From assembly GCA_963845755.1 (NCBI GenBank), contig CAWJTV010000042.1:320001-384000 (forward strand): DNA of 64,000 nt. The letters run 5' to 3'. The notes under the pieces were generated by a model. The model saw only the letters and a list, made by a program, of their open reading frames with translations, made no database searches and was not told the DNA's origin. The position numbers were made by a program, and so were the translations under genes. Of this stretch, positions 45,329 to 56,895 are shown piece after piece. Position 1 is the stretch's first letter. The number at the start of each line of letters is the position of its first letter. The stretch comes from an uncultured Planctomycetota bacterium. Its GTDB lineage: Bacteria > Planctomycetota > Planctomycetia > Isosphaerales > Isosphaeraceae.

Positions 45329-46141
45329 ATGCGACAATTCACAATCGGCCGGTTGATGATCGTCATCGCCGTGGTCGGACTCAGCTTGAGCCTTTTTCTG
45401 GCAAGCCCTTCTGGTACTCGTAGTTACTTGAGCAGCCGGACCCAATGCTCGTCGAACTTGAGGAACGTTGTCCTGGGCGTTCTCCAATACGCGAACCGAG
45501 AGGGGGTCATTCCCACTGCGACCTGGCCGAATGCAAGCCTGTCTCCTGAGAAGCGATTGAGCTGGTATGCCGCGATCTTATCAGATCTCGAACAATCGGA
45601 CCTCTGGGATCGACTCGATTGGAGCCGTGCGTGGGATAACGATGTGGTTCCAGAGGGCGGCGACATGTCGAACGAGCAGATCGCATTCACACGGATCGGT
45701 GTGGCAAGGTGTCCCGACGATCCCAGTCTTCCTGCGGGTCAATTCGTACCCACCCATTACATCGGCATCGCCGGTCTGGGAACCGACGCGCCGTTCTTGC
45801 CGGCCGGTCATCCCCGAGCGGGCGTCTTCGGTCATGATCGCCTGACCACGTTACTGGACATCAAGGACGGGGTTTCCCAAACCATGATGATCGCCGAATC
45901 GGCGCGGGTGCGCGGGTCGTGGCTGAGCGGTGGCCCGGCGACCGTCCGCGGCCTCGATACCACCGACTTGCCCTACATCGGTTCCGGACGGCAGATCGGC
46001 GGAGTCCATCTCGGGGGGGCGAACGTCGCGTTCGCCGATGGCGCGGTCCGATTCGTGAGTGATACGATCAACCCGCGTGTCCTGGAGGCGTTGTCCACGA
46101 TTGCCGGCGGCGAGACCTTGCCTACGAATCCATTTCCCTGA
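45329..46141 (+). CDS. short DUF1559 protein (H-X9-DG)
   Basis: QCSSNLRNV, LSWYAAIL, IKDGVSQTMMIAE, HLGGANVAFADG. Confidence 0.88.
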   Translation: MRQFTIGRLMIVIAVVGLSLSLFLASPSGTRSYLSSRTQCSSNLRNVVLGVLQYANREGVIPTATWPNASLSPEKRLSWYAAILSDLEQSDLWDRLDWSRAWDNDVVPEGGDMSNEQIAFTRIGVARCPDDPSLPAGQFVPTHYIGIAGLGTDAPFLPAGHPRAGVFGHDRLTTLLDIKDGVSQTMMIAESARVRGSWLSGGPATVRGLDTTDLPYIGSGRQIGGVHLGGANVAFADGAVRFVSDTINPRVLEALSTIAGGETLPTNPFP

Positions 46142-46201
46142 GACCGACCAAGCGAGCGGCCTGTCACCATCGTCGAGTCAATCGATGCGGAAATCCCTTC
46201 G

Positions 46202-46997
46202 ATGATCCAATTCTCGATCCGAAAGCTGATGCTCGCGATTGCCGTCCTTGCCGTCTTGCTCGGCGGCTTCATCGAGACGGAACGGTCGATGGAACGTTCA
46301 TTCCACGGGGGTTGTACCCGCACGAGTCAATGTGCTTCCAACATCAGGAACGTCGTGTTGTCCGTCCTGGTCCATGCGGCCCGTTCGACGGGCCTTTCCG
46401 AAGGGGACGTGGCCCAATCCGGACTTACCCCCAGGGCACCGCCTGAGCTGGTACGCGGCTATCCTGCCACAGCTCGAGAATCAGGAATTGTACGACTCGC
46501 TCGACGAGGACGAGCCCTGGTACGGCGTCGGGAATGACGAGGTGGCGTACACTCGGATCGGGGTCCTCAATTGTCCCGACAGTTCCACCGTCGGTCCGGG
46601 TGGACTGGCGACGACACCCTACATCGGCATCGGCGGGCTCGGGCTGGATTCGCCCTGGCTGCCGGCGGGCCACCCCAGGGCCGGCGTTTTCGGGTACGAC
46701 CGCCGGACCACGCTCGTGGACATCAAGGACGGCACCGCGTATACAATGGTCATCGCGGAATCGGCGCGAGTCGCCGGGGCGTGGCTGGCCGGCGGCCCGG
46801 CGACGGTCCGCGGGCTCGACCCCACCGAACAGCCCTACCTCGGCCCCGGGCGCCAGTTCGGCGGCATCCATCCTGGTGGTGTCACGAATGTCGCCTTCGC
46901 CGACGGCTCCGTCCGCGGCTTCCGCGATTCGATCGATCCCCGGCTTTTCGAAGGATTATCGACGATCGCGGGGGGCGAGACGCGGCCATCAGACTGA
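46202..46997 (+). CDS. short DUF1559 protein, tandem paralog (frameshift ~46385)
   Basis: QCASNIRNV, LSWYAAILP, IKDGTAYTMVIAE, HPGGVTNVAFADG. Confidence 0.85.
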
Positions 46998-47045
46998 TAG
47001 GGAGGTCGAGACCTCGTCACGTTTCCCGAAGGTTTTGGGCCTACG

Positions 47046-48192
47046 TCAGAGACCATCGCCCGCGCCTTTGCGCGTCGATCGTTCGGAACGCGACTCATCG
47101 CGCAGGATCAAGTCCGCCATCACGCCGAAATGGTCGGAGGGGAACGTGTTACCAGGCTTCACGTCGAGAACTCGACGGACGATGGCGCGCCAGCCGGCAT
47201 TCACCAGGATTTCGTCGAGGTTGCGGAAGCGGATGCCATAAAACTGGTATGTCGGAATCTGCGTCGAGCCGCCGGTGAGCTCCGCACACGGACGCAGCCC
47301 CGACTCATCGAAGAGCCTCCGACTCGGCGCATCCGGCGTCGTATTGAAGTCCCCGGCGACCAGCACTGCATCCGTCGGATCACCCGAGGCGATCCGATCC
47401 AGGATCAGGCGGACCGACCGGAGGCGAGCGGACTCGGTCAAGTACAGGTGGAGGTTGTAGATCCGGAGGCACCGACCGCTGCTCTGGTCGCGGAGCCGGA
47501 CCCAGGTGCAGATCCGCTTGGGTCCCAGCAGAGTCGTCGAGGGCGGCTGGTCGGCGGGATCCTCCAGCCAGAACGTGCCGCCGCCGAGTTCCTGGAAGCG
47601 TTCGACTTTCGAAGTAGATCGCGCAATGCTCGCCGGCGGAGCGGCCGTCGTCCCGGCCCACGCCGACACGGCGATGACCCGGCAGCATATCCGCGATGGC
47701 CTCGACCTGTTCGGGCAGGGCCTCCTGCACGCACAGGATATCCGGCTGGATCGCCTCGAGCGAAGACCGAAGTGCGGCTTTCCGTGTGGTCCAATCGTGG
47801 CGGTTCCACGGCGTGCCCCGATCGCCGCCACAAAGGATATTCCAGGTCACGACCCGGACGACCTCAGCATTCGGCTTGATGGGAGGCATGGATCCTCCGG
47901 GGCTCAGGCTTGACCAGACGATGAGGCCAAGCCAGCACGTCGGAGCGCCGAGGAGCACCGCCCTTGTCAGCCGTGAAGGACGTCTGCGGGGCCGGTCCAG
48001 ACTGTTTGGCGGCTTCGTTGGGGGCTTGAGCCGAATCACGGCCACCAGGCATGCCAGCAGTCCGGCGATCGCCACGAAGCTCCAGTGTCTGTGTCCGAAG
48101 GGTTGGAAAACGAAGACGGCCCCCGCCCAGCTCAGGACGAGTAGGAGGGTCATGATGACGGTTCGAGCCATCGACAGGTGTCTCATCAGCAC
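47046..48192 (-). CDS. membrane-anchored endonuclease/exonuclease/phosphatase family protein (frameshift ~47603)
   Basis: VTWNI, DILCVQE, GVGRDDG, AGDFN, FPSDHF; N-terminal TM helices. Confidence 0.85.
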
Positions 48193-48264
48193 GGGTGGTG
48201 ACCTTGATAGAGCGCTTCACTGAAGTCGCTACGCGATCGGTTCCTCGGGAACCAAGGGTTCTAG

Positions 48265-48576
48265 CTACTCGACCAGCGTCGGGAGATGTTTCGTCGCAAC
48301 GTTCCAAACGACGTCTTCATCGATGTCCATGTAGTCGTGAACGATCTTGTGGCTCATGCCCATGATGGATTTCCACGGTATCTCGGCGTGTGCCGCGCGA
48401 GTGGATTCGGGAACCTTGCGGGCGGCTTCACCGATCGTTTGGATGAGGTGCGCCAGAGCCAATCGCAGGTTCTCATCGGTGTCGAAATCGGCGCGCCTCT
48501 TCCCCTGGAGATTGGTGATGATCTTGCGCGCCCGATCCAGCATATGACCCAGGTAGACCGTCTCATCTTTGGACAT
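48265..48576 (-). CDS. HepT-like (DUF86) HEPN toxin, probably inactivated
   Basis: YLGHML, IGEAA, IPWKSIMGMSHKIVHDY. Confidence 0.85.
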   Translation of the reverse strand: MSKDETVYLGHMLDRARKIITNLQGKRRADFDTDENLRLALAHLIQTIGEAARKVPESTRAAHAEIPWKSIMGMSHKIVHDYMDIDEDVVWNVATKHLPTLVE

Positions 48577-48586
48577 CGCCACCCTC

Positions 48587-48886
48587 CTACTGAAGGACCT
48601 CCGTGGCGAGGATGCGGTCTCGTAGGCGAGCGTTCAGATACTTGCGGTTGACCAGATCGATCCTGCGCCGACCGAAGACTTGACCAAGCTCCTCCTCGAT
48701 GTCCATTACATCCCAGCCCGGAGCCTGGCCGGGTTCATAATCAACCAGAACATCGATGTCGCTGTCGGGTCCAAAATCGTCGCGTAGGACCGAGCCGAAC
48801 AAGGACAAACGCTGGATGTCGTGGCGCCGGCAAAAGTCCGCCAATGCTGTGCGGTCAGCATTCAGACGATCGATGACTGAAAGCAT
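48587..48886 (-). CDS. MNT-family nucleotidyltransferase antitoxin
   Basis: LFGSVLRDDFGPDSDIDVLV, GRRRIDLV. Confidence 0.9.
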   Translation of the reverse strand: MLSVIDRLNADRTALADFCRRHDIQRLSLFGSVLRDDFGPDSDIDVLVDYEPGQAPGWDVMDIEEELGQVFGRRRIDLVNRKYLNARLRDRILATEVLQ

Positions 48887-48901
48887 GGATCATACTCCGG
48901 G

Positions 48902-50287
48902 CTAGATATGCACTGATTCCCCCAATCCCTGCCCAGCCGCCTCCATCACGGCCTCGGAATACGTCGGGTGCGGATGCATGGCGTGGATGATCTCTTCCTC
49001 GGTGGCCTCGAGCTTCTTGGCCATCACGAGTTCGGCGATCAGCTCGGTCGCCTGCGATCCGATGAGGTGAGCTCCCAGCAGCTCGCCGTACTTGGCGTCG
49101 AAGACCAGTTTCACGAAACCCTCGGTCTCATCAGAAGCCAGGGCCCGGCCGCTGAACTGGAACGGGAACTTGCCGATGCGGATCTCGTGCCCGGCCTCAC
49201 GCGCGGCCTTTTCCGTCAGACCGACGCTGGCAACGCCGGGATCGGTATAGGTGCAGCCGGGGATCGTCGTGTAGTTGACCGTGCGATCGGAGAAGCCGCA
49301 GAGCCTCTCGATGCAGCAGATCGCCTCATGGTGGGCAACGTGGGCGAGCCAGGGCGGGCCGATGATGTCGCCGACGGCGTAGATTCCCGGCACGCTGGTG
49401 ACATACCCGTTCTTCGGATCGGCCTTGATGTGGTTCTTGACGATTTCCACCTTCAAGCCATCGGCGAACAGGCCCTCGACGTTGCCCAGCACGCCGATCG
49501 CCACCAGCATCGTCTCGGCCTCGACCACCGTCTTGCCCTTGGGCGTCTCGACTTCCACCTTCACGCCCTTCACGCCCTTCTCGACCTTGGTCGTCTTCGA
49601 ACTGGTAAGGATGGTCAACCCGCGCTTGGTGAGACTCTGCTTCAATGCGGCCGAGACTTCCTCGTCCTCGCCGGGCAAGACACGGTCGAGCAGCTCGACC
49701 ACCGTGACCTTGGTGCCGATCGCGTTGTAGAAATAGCCGAACTCCAGGCCGATCGGGCCGGCGCCGATGATGAGCATCGACTTCGGCTGGGCCGCCAGCG
49801 ACATGGCTTCCTTGTAAGAGATGATGGTCTTGCCGTCGAACTCGGCGCCGGGGAGACCGCGGGCGCGGACGCCCGTCGCGATTACGACCGAGTTGGCCGA
49901 GATCGTCTCACCCTCGACCTGGACCTGGTTCGGCGCGACGACCTTGGCCACGCCGAACCTCGAGTTCACCTTGTATTTGCGAAACAGCCCCTCAATCCCC
50001 TTGTTCAACTGCCCCGCCACGTTCCGGCTCCGCCGGATCATCTGGCCGAAGTCCCAGGTCGCCTGACCGCCGTAGCCGAACTGCGTCCCATGGTTCTTGA
50101 TCAACTCCACGAGGTGTGCGTTGGTCAGCAGAGCCTTGGTCGGGATGCAACCCCAGTTGAGACAGATCCCACCCAGCTTGTCGCGCTCGACGCACAGCAC
50201 GCGCTTCTTGAGCTGAGCCGCTCGGATTGCACCCGCGTATCCCGCTGGGCCACCGCCGATTACCACGATGTCATAGTCGTAAGCCAT
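48902..50287 (-). CDS. lpdA: dihydrolipoyl dehydrogenase
   Basis: GGGPAGY, GGICLNWGCIPTK, IGAGPIGLE, HPHPTYSEA. Confidence 0.96.
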   Translation of the reverse strand: MAYDYDIVVIGGGPAGYAGAIRAAQLKKRVLCVERDKLGGICLNWGCIPTKALLTNAHLVELIKNHGTQFGYGGQATWDFGQMIRRSRNVAGQLNKGIEGLFRKYKVNSRFGVAKVVAPNQVQVEGETISANSVVIATGVRARGLPGAEFDGKTIISYKEAMSLAAQPKSMLIIGAGPIGLEFGYFYNAIGTKVTVVELLDRVLPGEDEEVSAALKQSLTKRGLTILTSSKTTKVEKGVKGVKVEVETPKGKTVVEAETMLVAIGVLGNVEGLFADGLKVEIVKNHIKADPKNGYVTSVPGIYAVGDIIGPPWLAHVAHHEAICCIERLCGFSDRTVNYTTIPGCTYTDPGVASVGLTEKAAREAGHEIRIGKFPFQFSGRALASDETEGFVKLVFDAKYGELLGAHLIGSQATELIAELVMAKKLEATEEEIIHAMHPHPTYSEAVMEAAGQGLGESVHI

Positions 50288-50327
50288 GGGTCCCTTTTCG
50301 GCCGAAAGTCGGTCGGGCGTCTGGGTC

Positions 50328-50389
50328 GGATTTCCCAAACTCGTCAGGCAGGAACGCCGGATTTCCCGAGCATGTCAGGCAGGAACGCC
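50328..50389. repeat. 31-bp tandem repeat x2 with a REP-like core
   Basis: GGATTTCCCAAACTCGTCAGGCAGGAACGCC / GGATTTCCCGAGCATGTCAGGCAGGAACGCC; the second copy continues TGAT, forming a TCAGGC..GCCTGA hairpin. Confidence 0.75.
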
Positions 50390-51034
50390 TGATCCGCGTG
50401 ACGCAGCGGCGCAATTATAGACACCGGAATCGGCCGCAGACCACAGCCCGTTCCCTGGAACCCCCACGAACCCGGCCCGATCGAACCGCCGTTTCGGCCG
50501 CGCCGCCGTGCTCTCGTGGCCGTTAGCCTTTGAAGTCGCTACGGTCTCGGGGTCCGGATTCGACGTCCCGCGCCCACGGCGATCCGCAAGCCTCACTCCT
50601 GCATCGGATTGAGGTCCGAATACCACGGGTTCGCCATCGAGGCAAGCGTCGCAGAGAAAACCCCATGGATCGTTTCATCGCCGATGGGAACGCGTCAAAC
50701 CTGAACAGATGCAATCATTGATGCAATCGTCATGAGTGCCAGTGGATGCCTGGTTGGTGTCATGCTGATAAGCGGGCACCTTCGGACTTATGTCCGGAAG
50801 TGGCTTGCGGTTTGTGACCAAATCGTTATATAGGAAAGGGTGGTCGTAGCGCCTTCAGCGGCGAACTGGTCGCAATTCGCTTCGATGGGAGATGGTTCCG
50901 CGGGATCGGCCAGAGACTGCGAACGATTTCCAGCGTTACAGTCACTCACGGGCGCCCCGGTCAGCGCAACGGTGGGTCGAACCGAGACGAGCCGTCGATT
51001 CGCGATCTCGTCAACAATCGGAAAGGGGAATCGA

Positions 51035-52186
51035 ATGCGAGCACGCCGAGGCTTCACACTCATCGAGTTGCTCGTTGTCATCGCCATCATCGGTGTTCTC
51101 GTCGCCCTGTTATTGCCCGCGGTCCAGCAGGCCCGCGAGTCGGCGAGGCGGGCCCAGTGCACGAACAACCTCAAGCAACTGGGCCTGGCCATGCACAACT
51201 ACATGTCGCAGCAGGGGACGTTCCCGCCCCTGGTGCAGAACGGGAGCTTCCAGGTCTGGGGAAGCACGTATGCGAACTTTGGTCTCACCGGGCTCTACTT
51301 CGATCCGTGGCCGCTGGACTGGACGGCGTCGATCTTGAGCCAGATGGATCAGATCCCGCTATACAATCAGTTGAACTTCTCGGTCAGCTCGGGGTGGGCC
51401 GGGTTCGGCTCGCAGGGTTGGGACCCGCAGAACACGTCGGTCCTCTCCACGCAGATCGCCTCGCTACTGTGCCCTTCGGAGACACAGACGCGGGTGACGA
51501 TCGGCCCAGGGACGCGGCGGAACTACGTGGCCAATATCGGCGGACCGGCCAACTTCATGGCCTGGAGTGGCGCGCTGACGCCGCTGAAGGACCATCCGCC
51601 GTTCGACTACGCGGGCGTCTACTGGAATACCAACAGTGGGACGACCTTCGGGATCGAGGCGTTCAGCGACGGCAGCACAAACACGGCGATGTTCAGCGAG
51701 ACGCTGCTGGGCTCCGGGCCGGCTGGCCCGATCTCTCTCTCGTCGACCTACCGCAAGGGGACGTACCAATGGCAGCTCACGATCTCGAATTTCTGGGATC
51801 AGGGGCCGGCCGGTGGTCTATTCGCTTTGCAGTTCGTCCGCAGTTGCCTGGCGCTGCCGGGCACCTGGCCCTCCAAGGGGGTCAACTTCCCGGCCAATGG
51901 CAACATCTGGATGGCCAGCAACGCTGCCTCCTGCCTGTTGTGGGACGCCTATAACCACTTCATGCCACCCAACTCCCAGAGTTGCGCGGCGGCCAACAAT
52001 TTCTACACCACCTCCTACGGTGAATTCATGGACGCCCTGCCGCCGAGCTGCAACCACCCCGGCGGAATCAATATCGGCTTCGCGGACGGCTCGGTCCGCT
52101 GGCTCAAGAACAACGTGGCCTACCAGGTTTGGTGGGCGCTGGGCACGAGGAATGGCAACGAGTCCATCAGCTCCGATTCGTATTGA
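51035..52186 (+). CDS. DUF1559 prepilin-type N-methylation / H-X9-DG protein
   Basis: [44 protein letters not shown]. Confidence 0.93.
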   Translation: MRARRGFTLIELLVVIAIIGVLVALLLPAVQQARESARRAQCTNNLKQLGLAMHNYMSQQGTFPPLVQNGSFQVWGSTYANFGLTGLYFDPWPLDWTASILSQMDQIPLYNQLNFSVSSGWAGFGSQGWDPQNTSVLSTQIASLLCPSETQTRVTIGPGTRRNYVANIGGPANFMAWSGALTPLKDHPPFDYAGVYWNTNSGTTFGIEAFSDGSTNTAMFSETLLGSGPAGPISLSSTYRKGTYQWQLTISNFWDQGPAGGLFALQFVRSCLALPGTWPSKGVNFPANGNIWMASNAASCLLWDAYNHFMPPNSQSCAAANNFYTTSYGEFMDALPPSCNHPGGINIGFADGSVRWLKNNVAYQVWWALGTRNGNESISSDSY

Positions 52187-52629
52187 TCGATCGGGGCGAA
52201 AACTCCCTCCGGGGGCGGCGCCGGGCTGCCCCCGGACCCGAGATTCGGCGACGCAACGCCTACGTGGAGGTTGCGTCGATCGGTCTCCGAGATTCAGGTC
52301 CGGGCGCGACTCGGTCGGCCCGGGACCTTATTCACACAGGCTCAAAGCCCGAAGGGAGTGCTCCGTCCCCTCGATGGGGAGCCACCGCGGGACTTGCCGG
52401 TGTGGAGCGATGTCGATCGCCGGCCTGCGGGATGGCATCACCCACGATCCGACGTCGGCCGATGTCGTCCTCCCTCTGAGCTGGGCGGCCGGGTACCCCT
52501 CGCTGGCCCGTCTCTCGATCCTCGCAACCGCACGACGATTCGCTCGAGGTTCCGCCACGCCGTCCCGAGGGTTCTTGAGACAAGTCCCGCTCGCCGATCT
52601 ATACCTCAATATCCTCCGGAGAAACCACC

Positions 52630-52935
52630 ATGTGCCGATTTTGTCACGGGATCGCCGGAATCGTCCTCGTCGCGGCCGTCGCCGGTTGCAGTGATCCCGG
52701 CACGCAGGATGGCAAGGTGCCCTTCAAAGGGACGCCCACGGAACCGTACAACTCGCTCACGAATCAGATGAAGAAGAACGCGCAAATCCAGGCGCAGAAA
52801 GCGGAGGAAGAGGCCAAGGCCAAGGAAGTCAAGTCGGACGAACCGCCCAAGGCCAAGGATGCCAAGTCGGACGAACCGCCCAAGGCCAAGGATGCCAAGC
52901 CCGCCGAGGACAAAGTTCCGGGCAAGAGTGGGTGA
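52630..52935 (+). CDS. small Lys-rich lipoprotein
   Basis: GGAG RBS; lipobox AVAG-C; internal 33-bp repeat. Confidence 0.78.
   Translation: MCRFCHGIAGIVLVAAVAGCSDPGTQDGKVPFKGTPTEPYNSLTNQMKKNAQIQAQKAEEEAKAKEVKSDEPPKAKDAKSDEPPKAKDAKPAEDKVPGKSG
52831..52896 (+). repeat. perfect 33-bp coding tandem repeat x2 (KSDEPPKAKDA)
   Basis: AAGTCGGACGAACCGCCCAAGGCCAAGGATGCC twice. Confidence 0.9.
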
Positions 52936-53073
52936 GCGGGAGCGAATCGAGGCCCTTTGTCCTTGCCCTCCGGTCCTGTTGACTCGCGGCTCATCGAAAC
53001 CGCGGACCCCTGGGCGGGCCGCAGGAGATGAGCCATTCGCAAAGTTCGACCTTCCCATTGGGAGAATATATCG

Positions 53074-53334
53074 ATGCGTCGATTTTTTACGACATTCGCC
53101 TGCGCCGGCCTGCTCGTCCTTGCCTCCTCGTTCGTCGGGTGTGGCGGCGATTCGAGCCCGACGCCGGGATCGGGATTCTTGACCGAGACCTCCCCTACCG
53201 ACTTCAAGTCAACCGATCTGGCTCCGTTCGAGAGCATGAAGAACCAGATGCAGGAGAACATGAAGAAGGGGACTTACGCCCAGAGACCGGTCCCGCCCAA
53301 GGAGAAAGAGAAAGCCGGCGAGAAGAAGAAGTAG
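53074..53334 (+). CDS. small lipoprotein
   Basis: GGGAG RBS; lipobox FVG-C; Lys-rich tail. Confidence 0.78.
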   Translation: MRRFFTTFACAGLLVLASSFVGCGGDSSPTPGSGFLTETSPTDFKSTDLAPFESMKNQMQENMKKGTYAQRPVPPKEKEKAGEKKK

Positions 53335-53509
53335 CGAGTCGCTCGGAGTGGCGGGTGGCGCGCGAAGACGGAGATCGGCTCTCCAGGTCGCACGCGCGGT
53401 CCTCAGGACGAAGCGGTGGGTGCGGTTCCGAACGTTCACCGACACTCCACTCGCCACAACGAGCCGCGATTCGAGCCACTCGCGGACGATCCCTGGAGAG
53501 ACATTCGGA

Positions 53510-54776
53510 ATGCGATCAAGTGGCGCCCACCGGGTTGGGATCGGGTGGATCGGGGCCCTGGTCCTGCTCGGGCTGGGCTTGACCTTGGCGATCCGGCGGG
53601 TCTGGGAGTCCGATCCGGCCCGCGCGTTCATGCGGGCCGATGCGGCTTACAAGGCCGGCCGTTACGCTGAGGCCGACGCGGCCCTGCACCGGCTGGAGCG
53701 GCTCCGTGCTCCCACGTCCGTGGATCGGCTCCTGCGCCGAGGTTGACGTCGCGTCCGATCGTGCGATCGAGGCGCTAGCGGAATTCGCGGCGATCCCCGA
53801 CGATCATCCCCTGGCGCCGATGGCCCGGCTCAGGACGGGGCAGATCCAGATCCGCCGCGGGCTGACGCGCCCGGCCGAGTCGGCGCTGCTAGCCGCGTTG
53901 CGGCTGCTCCCGCGCAGCGTGCAGCCCCGCAAGGAGCTGGTCTTCATCTACAACATCCAGCATCGCCAGGCGGAGCTCGACGCGGTGCTGGCCGCCCTGC
54001 TCGACCTGGATGCGCTGGATTACAAGTACGTCCTCCACTGGACCAAGACGCGGAACACCGTCTGGAACCCCAACGGCGATCTCCCCTCACTCGAAAGGTT
54101 CGCGGCCGCCGACCCGGAGGACCACTGGTCGAGGCTGGCCCTGGTCGAGGCCTTCCGGCGGCTGGACCGGATCGACGAGGCCGAGCGGGCCCTGGCGCCC
54201 CTGCCCCTCTCGGACCCCCGGGCGCGGACAAAGCGCGTCCTGATCGCGATGGACCGCGGCGATTTCGCCGCTGCCGAGTCGCTCCTGGCCGAGGGACCGA
54301 AAGATGATCCCGGGTTAGCCCGGCTCCGAGGCCAACTGGCCCTCCGCCGCCGCGACGGACCCGCGGCGGTCAAGCAATTCCGCATCGCCCTCGGCGCCGA
54401 CCCGATCGACCGCGTGGCGCTCTCCGGACTGGGAACGGCCCTGGGACTGCTCGGACAGACCGCCGAGGCGCGTCCCTATCTCGAAGCCGCCCGCCGCCAC
54501 GACGACCTTGGGAAATTGGTCTCCCGCGCCGCGACCACCGAAGGCGAGCACGATCCCAAGATCCCTCACGAGCTCGGCATGGCCTGCGCGGCCGTCGGCC
54601 GCAAACAGGAGGCCCGTGCCTGGCTCCGGTTGGCCATCCGGCGCGATCCTCTTGATGCCGAGAGCCAGCAGACTCTATTCGACCTCGAACATGCCGCCGC
54701 CTCGCGATCGTCCCCGGGCCAAAACACCGGCTCGGCTCCCCGCGCCGATGCCTCGACCCCATCCGCGAACCTGTGA
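53510..54776 (+). CDS. membrane-anchored TPR protein (frameshift ~53736)
   Basis: N-terminal TM helix followed by Ala/Leu/Arg-rich TPR-like helices. Confidence 0.75.
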
Positions 54777-55704
54777 TCCGGGCAGCCCGTCTCCACTTCA
54801 TCCATTCGTCGATCGACCGGCCGAGAACGCTAGGACGCTTCGGGTCGTGCTCCGAGTTCGCTTTTCTCTATTTTCTATAGAATCTTCTTGCGATCAGCCG
54901 AAAGTCGCTTTACAGTGCACATAATCATCGATTGTGTCGATGGCCCGAAGAGGATTGGCAGGACAGTCGTTCGTCTCGTGCGACGATGAGTGCCCCACCG
55001 GTGTGTGCTCACTTTCCGGTCGAGCCCGTACGCGCAAGCAACCTCAGGATCCCAGGGACACTGTGCCTCCGGATAGGGGGTTTTCGGTGGTCTTTTTCGA
55101 TCCGGCCGAGGAGTTGTCGTGTAACAGGTTGCCCAGGCGATTCGCGTGAGTCCGACGCCACTCGAGAGTGGCTGGTGAAACTGGCTAGACTCGAATGGGT
55201 GAGGGTGCTGATCATTGGCCGGGCGGTCGTACGGCCAGTGCGAGGGCCGCGAGATCAGTCGGATCCGACGTCGATTCGAGTCTGAGGCGGTACTCGGTCC
55301 TTGCCACCTCATCTCTTCGGATTGTAGCGAGGATCTTGGAGGGAGTCGTCTTCGATCGAGAGACCAGCGAGAATCGGCCTGTGTCGGAGGGGTCCCTCAT
55401 GTTCTCCCGCGACGCGATAACGGCGAGCGGCCTAGCGAACCGCCATCGTTGAGGTGTGTCGTGATCCGATGGTCGTGCTCGATGGGCTTCTCCGAGTGAC
55501 CAGGGTCGATCCGTCCCTCCCACGGAGCGCGGGGCTCAGCCCGATTCCCGGGATGAGTGCCAGCGAGAACCGCAGATCCTTGGGACCCCGTTGTTGTTCG
55601 CACTCTGGCCGGAGGGCCGCTGCTTTCTCATTCCGTTCATTTCTTTCATTTTCTGGCTACGTATCACTCGAACCGGACTTGGTTTTCCAAGAAGGGGATG
55701 GGTC

Positions 55705-56835
55705 ATGATCGTGATACCGCGAACTCGTCGCGCTTTTACCCTCATCGAACTACTTGTCGTTATCGCCATCATCGCCGTGTTGATCGCGTTACTGCTTCCG
55801 GCGGTGCAAGCGGCACGCGAGGCGGCCCGGCGTGCCCAGTGCACCAACAATCTCAAGCAGATCGGCCTGGCGATGCACAACTACAATTCCCAGCAAAACT
55901 GCTTCCCACCGCAGGTGCAGAACGGTGGCTACAAGTCCGCCTGGGGGGGCGGCATCTTCTTCGATCCCTGGCCGTTGGACTGGACGGCATCGATCCTGTC
56001 CCAGATGGAACAGGTGCCGATGTACAACTCCATCAACTTCGATTTCTCCGCAGGCGTCTCCGGCCCGTTCAACCGGACCGTGCTGGCTCAGAAGGTCTCC
56101 TCGCTGATGTGCCCGTCGGAGGACATGAAGATCCCGGCTGCTTCTTCCACCAACGGCTGGAAAAGCTACCACGCGAACGTCGGCGGGCCCTCTGTCATCA
56201 TGTCCTGGACCGGCATGTTTACCACGCTTCAGACGGACGCGTACGGCCAGAACGGCGTCTACGCCAACAGCAACTGCGGAGTGGTGGATCTCTCGTCGGT
56301 CACCGACGGCACCTCCAACACCTGCATGGTGAGCGAGACTCATCTGGGGTCCGGAAACGCGGCACCGGTCCTGCTCAGCGCCGCGCAGAGACGTGGCGAC
56401 ACGTATATGTGGAGGCCCACCGGCGGCCAGACGACGACCGGTTATGACATGGGCCCCGCCGGCGTGTCGATCGCCCTGGCGTTCGTGAAGAGCTGCCAGT
56501 CGATCCCCGGCTCGTCACCGGCTTTCGGCACGCTCGCTCCGCCCAACGGAAACTACTGGATCGGCGGTAACCCGGGCTCGTGCATGCTGTGGGACGCCTA
56601 CAACCACTTCATGCCCCCCAACACCATCGCCTGCGACTCCACCACGGACGGGAATACGGGAGGCTACGGCTCGGTGCCCGACGCGTTCCCGCCGGCGAGC
56701 AACCACCCCGGCGGCGTCAACATCGTTTTCGCCGACGGCTCGGTCCATTTTATCAAGAATAGCACCAACCTCTCCACCTGGTGGAGCCTGGGCACCCGCA
56801 ACGGGAACGAGGTCATCAGCTCGGATCAGTATTGA
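55705..56835 (+). CDS. DUF1559 prepilin-type / H-X9-DG protein, paralog of 51035
   Basis: [55 protein letters not shown]. Confidence 0.93.
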   Translation: MIVIPRTRRAFTLIELLVVIAIIAVLIALLLPAVQAAREAARRAQCTNNLKQIGLAMHNYNSQQNCFPPQVQNGGYKSAWGGGIFFDPWPLDWTASILSQMEQVPMYNSINFDFSAGVSGPFNRTVLAQKVSSLMCPSEDMKIPAASSTNGWKSYHANVGGPSVIMSWTGMFTTLQTDAYGQNGVYANSNCGVVDLSSVTDGTSNTCMVSETHLGSGNAAPVLLSAAQRRGDTYMWRPTGGQTTTGYDMGPAGVSIALAFVKSCQSIPGSSPAFGTLAPPNGNYWIGGNPGSCMLWDAYNHFMPPNTIACDSTTDGNTGGYGSVPDAFPPASNHPGGVNIVFADGSVHFIKNSTNLSTWWSLGTRNGNEVISSDQY

Positions 56836-56895
56836 GTTCCAGACATGCGAGTCGCCAGCGAATCCCAACCAATGGCAACGACAAGGAGTTTCATC

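Noticed and set aside
48226..48600. Amber (TAG) read-through or recoding in the MNT-HEPN pair
   Set aside because: TAG is an ordinary stop in several intact genes here (e.g. lpdA, the xylG-like ATPase); point-mutation decay is simpler.
48902..50287. lpdA as part of the DUF1559 system
   Set aside because: Divergently transcribed housekeeping gene with no evident functional link.
50328..50389. 31-bp direct repeat as a mini-CRISPR
   Set aside because: Only two adjacent copies, no spacer, no cas genes.
50400..51030. Riboswitch (c-di-GMP, cobalamin, etc.) or tRNA in the long intergenic regions
   Set aside because: No consensus elements recognisable by eye; a covariance-model search would be needed.
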